From Gemmatimonadales bacterium (GTDB taxonomy: Bacteria > Gemmatimonadota > Gemmatimonadetes > Gemmatimonadales > GWC2-71-9), in assembly GCA_036556025.1 (NCBI GenBank), contig DATBKD010000046.1:4718-68717 (forward strand): a stretch of DNA of 64,000 nt, given 5' to 3'. Positions 45,348-52,868 of the stretch are shown here, piece by piece. Position 1 is the first letter of the stretch. Each line of letters opens with the position of its first letter. The translations under genes were made by a program, and so were the position numbers. The notes under the pieces were generated by a model that saw only the letters and a list, made by a program, of their open reading frames with translations, ran no database searches and was not told the origin of the DNA.

Positions 45348-46862
45348 GTGCCGAAGTTCTATCTCACGACAGCGATCGACTACTCCAATGGCGACCCCCA
45401 CCTGGGACATGCGCTCGAAAAGGTGGGGGCCGACTGTATTGCGCGGTACCGCCGGCTTAGAGGCGATGAGGTCCACTTTGTCATGGGGATGGACGAGCAC
45501 AGCCAGTCGGTGGTCCAGGCGGCCGCGCGGGGGAAGGTGGCGCCGCAGCAGTGGGTCGATTCGATGGCCGATCGGTTTCTCGAGTTCTGGCAGCGGCTCG
45601 AGTGCAGCAATGACGACTGGATCCGCACCACCGAGCCGCGTCATGCCCGAAGCGTCACGGAGCTGCTCCGGCGCATCCAGGCCCACCATCCGGACGATCT
45701 CTTCGTCGCCGAATATGAGGGCCTCTACTGCACTGGGTGCGAGGAGTTCAAACAGGAGAGCCAGATCGTCAATGGACACTGCATCGAGCACCCTACGCTC
45801 GAGCTGGTGCCCACGAAGGAGCGTAACCATTTCTTTCGGCTGACCCGCTATCGCGATCGGCTGCTGGAGCTGATCGGCAAGGGCGAATTCCGGGTAGAGC
45901 CCCCAATCCGTCGCAACGAGATTCTGCGGCTGCTCGAGGCCGGACTGCAGGACATCTCGGTTTCGCGCCTGCGTCAACCATGGGGCATCCCCTTTCCGGA
46001 CGACCCGGAGCAAACCGTCTACGTCTGGTTCGATGCCCTGATCAACTATCTCTCCGCCACCGGCTTCCCAAGCGCGGGGTACGAGCGGCTCTGGCCCGCG
46101 GATCTCCACGTGATCGGCAAAGGAATCACGCGATTTCACTGCGTGATCTGGCCAGCGATGTTGCTGAGTGCCGGGCTCGCGCTGCCTCGGCAGGTCTGGG
46201 CCCACGGCTACGTGCAATGGGAGGGCACCAAGATGTCCAAGACCGCGGGCACCGTGGTGACGCTGGACGAGGCGATCGACCGCCATGGGCCCGATGCGCT
46301 GCGATACTTCCTCCTGCGGGAAGTCGGTTTCGAGGCCGACGGCAACTTCACCTGGGAGCGTTTTGACGAGCGATACACGGCGGACTTGGCGGACGGGCTC
46401 GGCAACCTCGCCTCTCGGTCACTGGCCATGCTGGCGAAGTACCGCGCGGGCGTTGTCCCCGACTTGCGGGCCACAACCTCGCTGGACGACGCCGGCCGGG
46501 TGGCCCGCGAGGATTACGTGAAGGCGATGGACGCGCTCGACCTGAGGGGTGGCGCGGCGGCGGCGTGGCGCCTGGTAGACACTGCCAATCTCTTCATTCA
46601 GCAGGTCGCGCCCTGGAGCCTGGCCAAGCAAGGGAAGGATGACGAACTGGACGCCGCGCTCGCTGCGCTGGCGCGGGTGCTCTACCGGCTGGCGTTGTTG
46701 TGCAGCCCGTTCATTCCGGGGAAGGCTCAGCTCTTGTGGAACTCATTGGGCCTGGCCGGAGTGCCCGATCGCGGGCCATGGGCCTCTTTCGAAGCGCCAC
46801 CTGTTGCAGCCAAGGCGACGCGTCGCCCCGAGGTTTTGTTCCCCAAGCCGGTTCCGGGGTAG
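45348..46862 (+). CDS. metG: Methionine--tRNA ligase (short form)
   Basis: GTG at 45348 preceded by AGGAG. HIGH-type motif (NGDPHLGHA), CTGCEEF...GHCIEH zinc knuckle and KMSKT motif. Confidence 0.9.
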   Translation: MPKFYLTTAIDYSNGDPHLGHALEKVGADCIARYRRLRGDEVHFVMGMDEHSQSVVQAAARGKVAPQQWVDSMADRFLEFWQRLECSNDDWIRTTEPRHARSVTELLRRIQAHHPDDLFVAEYEGLYCTGCEEFKQESQIVNGHCIEHPTLELVPTKERNHFFRLTRYRDRLLELIGKGEFRVEPPIRRNEILRLLEAGLQDISVSRLRQPWGIPFPDDPEQTVYVWFDALINYLSATGFPSAGYERLWPADLHVIGKGITRFHCVIWPAMLLSAGLALPRQVWAHGYVQWEGTKMSKTAGTVVTLDEAIDRHGPDALRYFLLREVGFEADGNFTWERFDERYTADLADGLGNLASRSLAMLAKYRAGVVPDLRATTSLDDAGRVAREDYVKAMDALDLRGGAAAAWRLVDTANLFIQQVAPWSLAKQGKDDELDAALAALARVLYRLALLCSPFIPGKAQLLWNSLGLAGVPDRGPWASFEAPPVAAKATRRPEVLFPKPVPG

Positions 46863-47077
46863 GATTTACCGGAGGTTGAAGCAAAACTATTTGACAGTCA
46901 AAGAGTTATGCGCGTTGGGCCGCTCTTGACACTGGGCCATTCAAGGATGACTTTAGCGGGACGTGTCGTGACTCAGGTCACCCCTCAAGGCCCGCGTCGT
47001 ATTCAGATTATTTCGTCGGTCTGCCGACACTAGTAAAGTCAGTCCCTGGTAAGCCGCTCGTCCGAGGAATTATGTAG

Positions 47078-48001
47078 ATGGCCAAACGCCGCTGGACCGT
47101 CGTGTTGGTGCCGCACGGCTCGGAGCCCTCGAAGATCATCGAGGTTTCCTACGGCGTGCTGAAAATGATAGCGGCCGGCATCGGGGCGGCAGCGGTCGTG
47201 GCGTTGCTTGTCGGGTATGTCACCGTCTCCCACAGCGCCGATCTGACGCAGGCAGCCCGGCTGCAGCGGGAGAACTCGCTCCTCGCGCAGGAAATCGGCC
47301 AGCTCCGTGACCGGCTGAGCAATCTGGCAGATACGCTCACCCGGATTGCCCAGCGCGACGCCCGCATCCGGGTGCTCGCCAACCTCGAGCCCATCGATCC
47401 ACAGGTACAGGCCGCGGGCATCGGCGGCCCGACGTTCACCCGCGCTCTGGCTGCCTCCGTCGCCGGCCCGGCCGGTCGTTCCGAGGAGATCCGTGTCAAT
47501 CTGGATGCCTTGATCCGTCGAGCCAACCTGTTGGCCTCGTCGTTCCAGGAGGCTGCCGACAGCCTGTCCGTCCACTCGGCTCGGCTCGCGGCGACCCCAT
47601 CGATCATGCCCACCAAGGGCTGGCTGAGCAGTGCCTTCTCGTCCATGCGGACGCATCCGATCCTGCACGTGGCCCGCCCCCATGAAGGGATCGACGTGAC
47701 CGCGCCGATGGGTAGCCCAATTGAGGCGCCGGCCGGTGGAGTGGTCCTGGACGCGGGGTGGGAGTCGGGCTATGGGAATACGGTGACCATCGATCACGGC
47801 TTCGGGATCGTCACCAAGTTTGCCCACGCCTCCAAGATCCTGGTGAAGACCGGCCAGCGGGTCTCTCGGGGGCAGCGCATTGCGCTGGTGGGCAACACGG
47901 GATTGGCGACCGGTCCACACCTTCATTATGAGGTGCATGTGAACGGGCGACCGGTAGACCCGCTCAAGTATGTGATTCCGGATAGTGTGGTGACCGACTG
48001 A
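47078..48001 (+). CDS. M23 family metallopeptidase with N-terminal TM and coiled-coil
   Basis: HEGIDV...G.PI.A.A.G.V...GYGN.V.IDHG and GNTG..TGPHLHYEV motifs. Confidence 0.85.
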   Translation: MAKRRWTVVLVPHGSEPSKIIEVSYGVLKMIAAGIGAAAVVALLVGYVTVSHSADLTQAARLQRENSLLAQEIGQLRDRLSNLADTLTRIAQRDARIRVLANLEPIDPQVQAAGIGGPTFTRALAASVAGPAGRSEEIRVNLDALIRRANLLASSFQEAADSLSVHSARLAATPSIMPTKGWLSSAFSSMRTHPILHVARPHEGIDVTAPMGSPIEAPAGGVVLDAGWESGYGNTVTIDHGFGIVTKFAHASKILVKTGQRVSRGQRIALVGNTGLATGPHLHYEVHVNGRPVDPLKYVIPDSVVTD

Positions 48002-48002
48002 A

Positions 48003-48080
48003 ACCGTGAACGGTAAATGGTAAAAAGCAAACGGGGACTCGCTTTGAGTCCCCGTTTAGTGTTTACGGTTCACGGTTCAC
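48003..48080. repeat. Composite inverted repeat: heptamer arms (ACCGTGA/ACGGTAA versus TTTACGG/TTCACGG) around a perfect 12-bp hairpin
   Basis: Fills the 85-nt gap between the convergent M23 and lemA genes. Outer arms: accgtgaacggtaaa and tttacggttcacggt. Confidence 0.7.
48029..48057. terminator. Bidirectional intrinsic terminator
   Basis: AAACGGGGACTC-gcttt-GAGTCCCCGTTT. The minus-strand transcript continues into TTTGCTTTTTA and the plus-strand transcript into TTTAGTGTTTA. Confidence 0.7.
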
Positions 48081-48086
48081 CGCAGT

Positions 48087-48656
48087 TCAGAACTGCACCT
48101 TCGGCGCCTCGGCTGCCCCGGGTGCCGCCTCGAAGTACTGGCGCGGCTTGCTCATGCCGAACACCTTGGCGGTCAGGTTGTAGGGGAATCGCCGGATGTA
48201 CGCGTTGTATTCCCCGACGGCGGCGTTGTAATCCTGGCGCGCGACCGAGATCCGGTTTTCGGTCCCCTCCAGCTGATCCTGGAGCTGCCGAAAGTTCTCG
48301 CTGGAGCGCAGTTGGGGATAGTTCTCGGAGATCGCCAGGAGGCGGCCCAATCCCTGGTTGAGGGCCTGATTGGCCGCGGCCATCTGGGCCACGTCGCCGG
48401 ACTGGACGGCGCCACTCAGACGGGCGCGGGCGTTGGCGATCGAAATGAAGATGGTGTCCTCCTGCTTGGTCACCCCCTTCACGGTGTTGACCAGGTTGGG
48501 GATGAGATCGGAGCGCCGTTGCAGCTGGGTCTGGATCTGCCCCTGCGCCTGATTCACTCGCTCGTCGAGGCTCTGTATGGTGTTGTACCCGCAGCCGGGG
48601 ACAAGCAGCACCAGCGCGACGAAGAACGAAGTCAAGACCACCGACGAACGCTTCAT
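48087..48656 (-). CDS. lemA: LemA family protein
   Basis: Start at the ATG at 48656. N-terminal TM with Cys, then YNTIQSLDERVNQAQGQIQTQLQRRSDLIPNLV and NYPQLRSSENF..LQ..L...EN.I...R..YN..V..YN, typical of LemA. The upstream 326 codons of the track ORF are a shadow frame. Confidence 0.85.
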   Translation of the reverse strand: MKRSSVVLTSFFVALVLLVPGCGYNTIQSLDERVNQAQGQIQTQLQRRSDLIPNLVNTVKGVTKQEDTIFISIANARARLSGAVQSGDVAQMAAANQALNQGLGRLLAISENYPQLRSSENFRQLQDQLEGTENRISVARQDYNAAVGEYNAYIRRFPYNLTAKVFGMSKPRQYFEAAPGAAEAPKVQF

Positions 48657-49375
48657 TGCCGATCTCCCAGCTGAAGTTGATCCAGGAACCGCACCGCGCG
48701 CTCGACCGCGGCCATATACTCCTCGAACTCCACGACGCCACATCGCCACCCCCGTTTCCCCCGGTGCTGCACCACACGCGCGACCGACTCCCGACTCGCT
48801 CCGACGGCATCCTCCGCCACGTGTGCCAGCTCGACGGGTTCGGAGGACACCGGCTTGCCCAGCAACGCCAGCAGGGCGCGAAGCAAGACCATCACCGTCC
48901 CCGCGCTCTGGGTGGCGAGCGTGCCAAGCGCTGCCGGATCTGGGCTGGCAGCGGCATAACCCTGGCGAAGTCGTAGCAGCTTGCCCCGAAATTCCCGTTC
49001 CAGTGCTCGACGGAGATCGCTGGGAAGCACCGCCGCGCCCGTGAATGGATCGGTGCCTCGCAGCACTTGGTAAGCCGCTCTCATATCGGTGATCTCGATT
49101 GGGAACGCATCGGTGGCTCGCTCCCATTCCTCCCGGCTCATCACCAGGGGAGGCTCCAGCCGAGCTTTCCGCCATTGGGTCAGCGCCTGGCCCAGAGAGC
49201 GCAGGATGTCGGGGGTGGCGTCCTCCAGAATCAGCATGAGGTTGACATCGGAGTGGCCGGGAATGAAATCCCCCCGTGCCGCCGAGCCGTAGAGCACGGC
49301 ACTGTATCGGCCGTTCAACATGCGGTCGGCCTCTGCCAGTAAGGGCGTCACCACTCGGTCGACCGACTCGTGCAT
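48653..49375 (-). CDS. Pol-beta-superfamily nucleotidyltransferase domain protein with C-terminal helical domain
   Basis: Start at the ATG at 49375. LYGSAARGDFIPGHSDVNLMLIL (GS-x-RG, then the acidic beta-strand of minimal NTases). 240 aa. ATGA overlap with lemA and a 1-nt overlap with the upstream TPM gene. Confidence 0.7.
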   Translation of the reverse strand: MHESVDRVVTPLLAEADRMLNGRYSAVLYGSAARGDFIPGHSDVNLMLILEDATPDILRSLGQALTQWRKARLEPPLVMSREEWERATDAFPIEITDMRAAYQVLRGTDPFTGAAVLPSDLRRALEREFRGKLLRLRQGYAAASPDPAALGTLATQSAGTVMVLLRALLALLGKPVSSEPVELAHVAEDAVGASRESVARVVQHRGKRGWRCGVVEFEEYMAAVERAVRFLDQLQLGDRQ

Positions 49376-50202
49376 CAGAATCTCCCTCCGGCGCCGCCCC
49401 CGCTGAAGCCACCGCCACCGCCAAACCCGCCAAAGCCTCCGCCACCGCCAAATCCGCCACCGCCAAATCCGCCACCGCCACCGAAACCTCCGCCTCCGAT
49501 CCAAGGTCCACCCCAATATACCCGGCGCCGGCCGCGTCGCCCCTGACTCGCAAGTATGATGAACAGAATGAAGAGCAGAATGGGAAGGAAAGAGAGGGTC
49601 TGGGGCCGACGGCCGGATGCCACCGGCCTGGCATTGACCAAGGCCGAATCGGAAACGCCGTAGCCTCGTGCGATCAGACTGGAGAGTGCCTGCACACCGG
49701 TGAGCAGCGCAGGCCCGTAGGTTTCCTGAGAAAGCTCGGGACCCATGGCGTCCCGGATCCGTCCCGCCTCCACGTCGGTGACGATGCCCTCCAGCCCCCG
49801 TCCCACCTCGACCCGAAGATGTCCGCTGCCCGGTTGATGATTTTGCCGTGGCACCAGCAGCAGGACGATCCCAGCATTGCGCTTGGGATCTCCCACTTCG
49901 GCCTTCGCGCCTACGCCCCACTTGCGTCCGATCGCCAGCGCGACCTCGGCCTCGCTCTGATCGTCGATCGTAGGGAGGGTCACGACCGCGATCTCCGCAC
50001 TGGTCGCCGCCTGGAGCCGCCGGATCAGACTCTCCATCTGGGAGACCGAGGTCTCGTCCAGCACCCCCGCTGCGTCGGTCACGTATCCGGTCGGCTGTGC
50101 CGGAAAGAGCCGATCGACCTCGGGATTCTGCGCTCGTACGAGAGCGGCGCTCAGTTGAAGCGCCGCGAGGAGGACGGTAGCTTTGGCTCGTGTCCCGCTC
50201 AA
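49375..50202 (-). CDS. TPM domain-containing protein (YgcG-like) with TM segment and Gly/Phe-rich tail
   Basis: Signal peptide. YVTDAAGVL...LE..T..EIAVVT...G and GLEG..TD TPM motifs. TM segment (LSFLPILLFILFIILA), then GGGGFGGGGGFGGGGF. TTG start is uncertain. Confidence 0.8.
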   Translation of the reverse strand: MSGTRAKATVLLAALQLSAALVRAQNPEVDRLFPAQPTGYVTDAAGVLDETSVSQMESLIRRLQAATSAEIAVVTLPTIDDQSEAEVALAIGRKWGVGAKAEVGDPKRNAGIVLLLVPRQNHQPGSGHLRVEVGRGLEGIVTDVEAGRIRDAMGPELSQETYGPALLTGVQALSSLIARGYGVSDSALVNARPVASGRRPQTLSFLPILLFILFIILASQGRRGRRRVYWGGPWIGGGGFGGGGGFGGGGFGGGGGFGGFGGGGGFSGGGAGGRF

Positions 50203-50954
50203 TCGCTCTCCTGGTAGTGGCCGCGGCCCTGGCCGGTCCCGGCCTCGTCGCCTGCGAGCGCGCGCGCGACGTGGCCGTCAGAGTTTCGATCCCCGGCCCC
50301 GACTCGGTCGAGACGCCGGTCACGGGCATCGGTCTGGTGGCGCTACCCTACGATCGCGACAGCGTGCTGGCCGCGCTGGAGGCCAGGGCACATACGCGGC
50401 GCCCGGGAACGGCGGAGCTGGACAGCCTGTTCCAGGCCTTTCGCGCCCCTTTCAATAGCTACGCATCGGCCACTTACCGGTCGGGGAAGCTGCGCGATTC
50501 CCTGGCCGAGGTGAAATCGCGACTCGATTCCCTTCCCCGCAATGCCCCCGAGTACAGCCAGCTCTATGCGGTCTTCGGCCGACTCTCTGACTCGGTGACC
50601 GTGGCACAGACGCGGACGGAACACGCCCGAGCGGAGCTGGACCGAGCTCGCACCGGCTTCGTGGCGCGCAGCGAAAGTCTCCGCGCCGCGATTCGGCATT
50701 GGGAAGATAGCACCTACCAGGGGTACGACAGCATCGTGAGCCGACTGGCCCGCTCACGCGGTCGGGAGGCGTCCACCGATACAACGGGGCCGGATGGCTG
50801 GGCCCATCTTCACCTCCGTTCGGGCCGATGGTGGATCTACGCGCGCTCGTGGGATGCAACTGACCCGAACGCAGAGTGGTATTGGAACGTGCCGGTGAGT
50901 GGGGACACGGTCCTGCTCTCGAGTCGCACCGGCAAGCGGCGGCCGCGGTACTGA
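50190..50954 (+). CDS. Lipoprotein of unknown function
   Basis: GTG start. Signal peptide with lipobox GLVAC-E. 254 aa, helical middle part. Its start overlaps the divergent TPM start by 13 nt. Confidence 0.55.
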   Translation: MSRSIALLVVAAALAGPGLVACERARDVAVRVSIPGPDSVETPVTGIGLVALPYDRDSVLAALEARAHTRRPGTAELDSLFQAFRAPFNSYASATYRSGKLRDSLAEVKSRLDSLPRNAPEYSQLYAVFGRLSDSVTVAQTRTEHARAELDRARTGFVARSESLRAAIRHWEDSTYQGYDSIVSRLARSRGREASTDTTGPDGWAHLHLRSGRWWIYARSWDATDPNAEWYWNVPVSGDTVLLSSRTGKRRPRY

Positions 50955-50956
50955 GA

Positions 50957-50979
50957 GGGCGGTCAGGGCGGTCAGGGCA
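50957..50979. repeat. GGGCGGTCA nonamer x2.5
   Basis: gggcggtca gggcggtca gggca, starting 2 nt after the stop codon at 50952-50954. Same unit as the array at 51643. Confidence 0.7.
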
Positions 50980-51003
50980 TCACGGCGATTATGAATCGGA
51001 GAG

Positions 51004-51642
51004 ATGCGAGGGATGCCAAGCAAGCAAACCATCTGCCGTGTTTTCTTCCCTGCCGTCCTCACCGCCCTCACCGCCATCAGCCCCTTGTCGGCGCAAACGC
51101 CTGACGCTCTCGCCAGTCGGACCAAAGGCTCGCCCGGAGCCCCGATCACGGTCTATGAGATGTCCGACTTCCAGTGCCCGTATTGCCGTCAGTTTGCGCT
51201 GGAAACCTTCCCCGCCCTGGAGCGGGCCTACGTCGCGACCGGGAAGGTTCGCTGGATCTTCGTCAATTTTCCCCTGACCAGTGTCCATCCCAACGCAGTC
51301 GCCGCGGCCGAGGCAGCGCTGTGCGCGGGTAAGCAGGGTGCCTTCTGGGCTGTGCATGACCTGCTCTACCGGCACCAGGAGACCTGGGCACCGCTCAAGG
51401 AGCCGGGACCCTTCCTGCTCTCGCTGGCCGATTCCGCCGGGATCTCCAAGCCGGGACTGCTTGCCTGCGTGCAGGCGCCGCGGACCCAAGGCGAGGTTCG
51501 AGCCGATGCCGAGGGAGCCGAGCGCTCAGGGGCAGGCAGCACGCCGACGTTCTACATCGAAGGGGGATTGCTGGTGGGCGCGCAGCCCCTGGAGGTGTTC
51601 CAGCAGGTGCTCGATTCCATTTACGCGGTAAAGCGACACTGA
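51004..51642 (+). CDS. DsbA-family thiol:disulfide oxidoreductase (exported)
   Basis: Signal peptide. EMSDFQCPYCRQF active site (CPYC). C-terminal GTPTFYIEG motif. Confidence 0.8.
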   Translation: MRGMPSKQTICRVFFPAVLTALTAISPLSAQTPDALASRTKGSPGAPITVYEMSDFQCPYCRQFALETFPALERAYVATGKVRWIFVNFPLTSVHPNAVAAAEAALCAGKQGAFWAVHDLLYRHQETWAPLKEPGPFLLSLADSAGISKPGLLACVQAPRTQGEVRADAEGAERSGAGSTPTFYIEGGLLVGAQPLEVFQQVLDSIYAVKRH

Positions 51643-51737
51643 GGGCGGTCAGGGCGGTCAGGGCGGTCAGGGCGGTCAGGGCGGTAAGGGCGGTAAGGGC
51701 GGTAAGGGCGGTAAGGGCGGTAAGGGCGGTAAGGTAA
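51643..51737. repeat. Tandem nonamer array: 4 x GGGCGGTCA + 6 x GGGCGGTAA (+ partial unit)
   Basis: Counted base by base. Starts on the first nucleotide after the dsbA-like stop codon. Confidence 0.95.
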
Positions 51738-51742
51738 CTGAT

Positions 51743-51910
51743 AGCTGTTGGCTGATAGCTGTTAGCTGTTAGCTGATAGCTGATAGCTGATAGCTGATAG
51801 CTGTTAGCTGTTAGCTGTTAGCTGATAGCTGTTAGCTGATAGCTGATAGCTGTTAGCTGATAGCTGATAGCTGTTAGCTGATAGCTGTTAGCTGATAGCT
51901 GTTAGCTGCT
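51743..51910. repeat. Tandem heptamer array: 24 x AGCTGWT
   Basis: Counted base by base: 168 nt with AGCTGAT and AGCTGTT units interspersed, one GGCTGAT and a terminal AGCTGCT. The last 9 nt lie inside the CPBP coding sequence. Confidence 0.95.
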
Positions 51911-52648
51911 TCCCGTCAGGGTCAAAATCACATCATACAATGCGTGGGTCCACGCCGTGATACCGAAGCCGCGCAGCAGGTAGAGCGCGCTGAAGAGCAC
52001 GCCCGCAATCGTGCGAAAGGTGAACGAGGCCAGGACCAAACGATCACCGTACGGCCCGACGTAGTGGAAGGCGGAGAAGATCAGAGCGCCGATGACGGTC
52101 GCCGCGATCCCGGCTGCGGCAGCGCTCCAGCCGAGGGCCCGGCGGCCGAGCCAGGCAAGCGATCCCACCACCAGCACCCGGAAGAGCAGCTCCTCGTAGA
52201 TCCCAGCCCCGAGCGAGATCATCAGCCGCGACGGCAGCGCCAGGATCGGAGCGTCCTGGAGCGCGAGGTGCGATGCCGAGGCGGCGAGCCCCCGCAGAAG
52301 CAGCCCAGTCAGAGTGCCCGCGACCAGGCCGAATACCATGGCGTACAGCATCGATTCCGCCGCCATCAGCGGAAAAAAGCGAAACTCGATCCTGCCATTC
52401 CTGCGCCGGTCTCGCCAGACCAGCGCCAACGCCGTGCCGACGATCACGATCCCGAACACGACCAGGCCATCTCGTCCTCCGAAGGCAACGAAGAGGCTCT
52501 TGAGCAGCACATCGGCGCCGTTGCGCACGCCGGCGAGTGAATCGTGGCTCAGCAGCAAGGCGAGCAGCTCGTACGCCAGGAGCAGAGGGAAGGCGAAGGT
52601 GAGGCTGTAGCGCGGGGCTCGGCTCGCGCGCCAGTAGCCGGACATCAT
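51902..52648 (-). CDS. CPBP family intramembrane glutamic endopeptidase (CAAX protease/Abi family)
   Basis: Multi-TM, 248 aa. Motifs IYEELLFRVLVVG (EExxxR) and SAFHY (FxxxH). Confidence 0.8.
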   Translation of the reverse strand: MMSGYWRASRAPRYSLTFAFPLLLAYELLALLLSHDSLAGVRNGADVLLKSLFVAFGGRDGLVVFGIVIVGTALALVWRDRRRNGRIEFRFFPLMAAESMLYAMVFGLVAGTLTGLLLRGLAASASHLALQDAPILALPSRLMISLGAGIYEELLFRVLVVGSLAWLGRRALGWSAAAAGIAATVIGALIFSAFHYVGPYGDRLVLASFTFRTIAGVLFSALYLLRGFGITAWTHALYDVILTLTGSS

Positions 52649-52679
52649 CCAGGAGGTCCGCTCAGAACCGTCGGCGGCT

Positions 52680-52710
52680 AAAAAAAGGGGCCGCGCTCAG
52701 CGGCCCCCCC
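52680..52710 (-). terminator. Rho-independent terminator (minus strand) 31 nt upstream of the CPBP start
   Basis: On the minus strand: GGGGCCGC-tgagc-GCGGCCCC followed by TTTTTTT. Confidence 0.75.
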
Positions 52711-52868
52711 AGGTTCGAAGGTTCGCCCGGGTCTCAGCATGCAGCGTTGGCTAACGGCCGCAGGCGACCCTTGACTCTGTAGACAATGGATCACCTCCTC
52801 GGTAAGCGGTGGAACATGAACAACGTGGCCGAAGTCTAAACATCACTCGCTCTTTCCGGCAAGAGCCA

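Noticed and set aside
48657-50329. Upstream extensions of track ORFs 48087..49634 and 48653..50329
   Set aside because: Only the C-terminal parts (LemA from 48656, NTase from 49375) are protein-like. The extensions overlap the NTase and TPM genes in other frames.
51643-51910. Possible CRISPR array
   Set aside because: The units are 7-9 nt and directly abutting, with no unique spacers. There are no cas genes anywhere in the window.
52711-52730. aggttcgaaggttcgccc as a tRNA T-loop
   Set aside because: No acceptor, D or anticodon arms can be drawn around it. It is a direct repeat of ggttcg. No tRNA was found anywhere in the window.
52788-52799. GGATCACCTCCT on the plus strand as a 16S rRNA 3' end fragment
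   Set aside because: The flanking sequence has none of the conserved 16S 3' context (no GTAACCGTAGG or AAGTCGTAACAAGG-like sequence). It is interpreted instead as a perfect SD on the minus strand.
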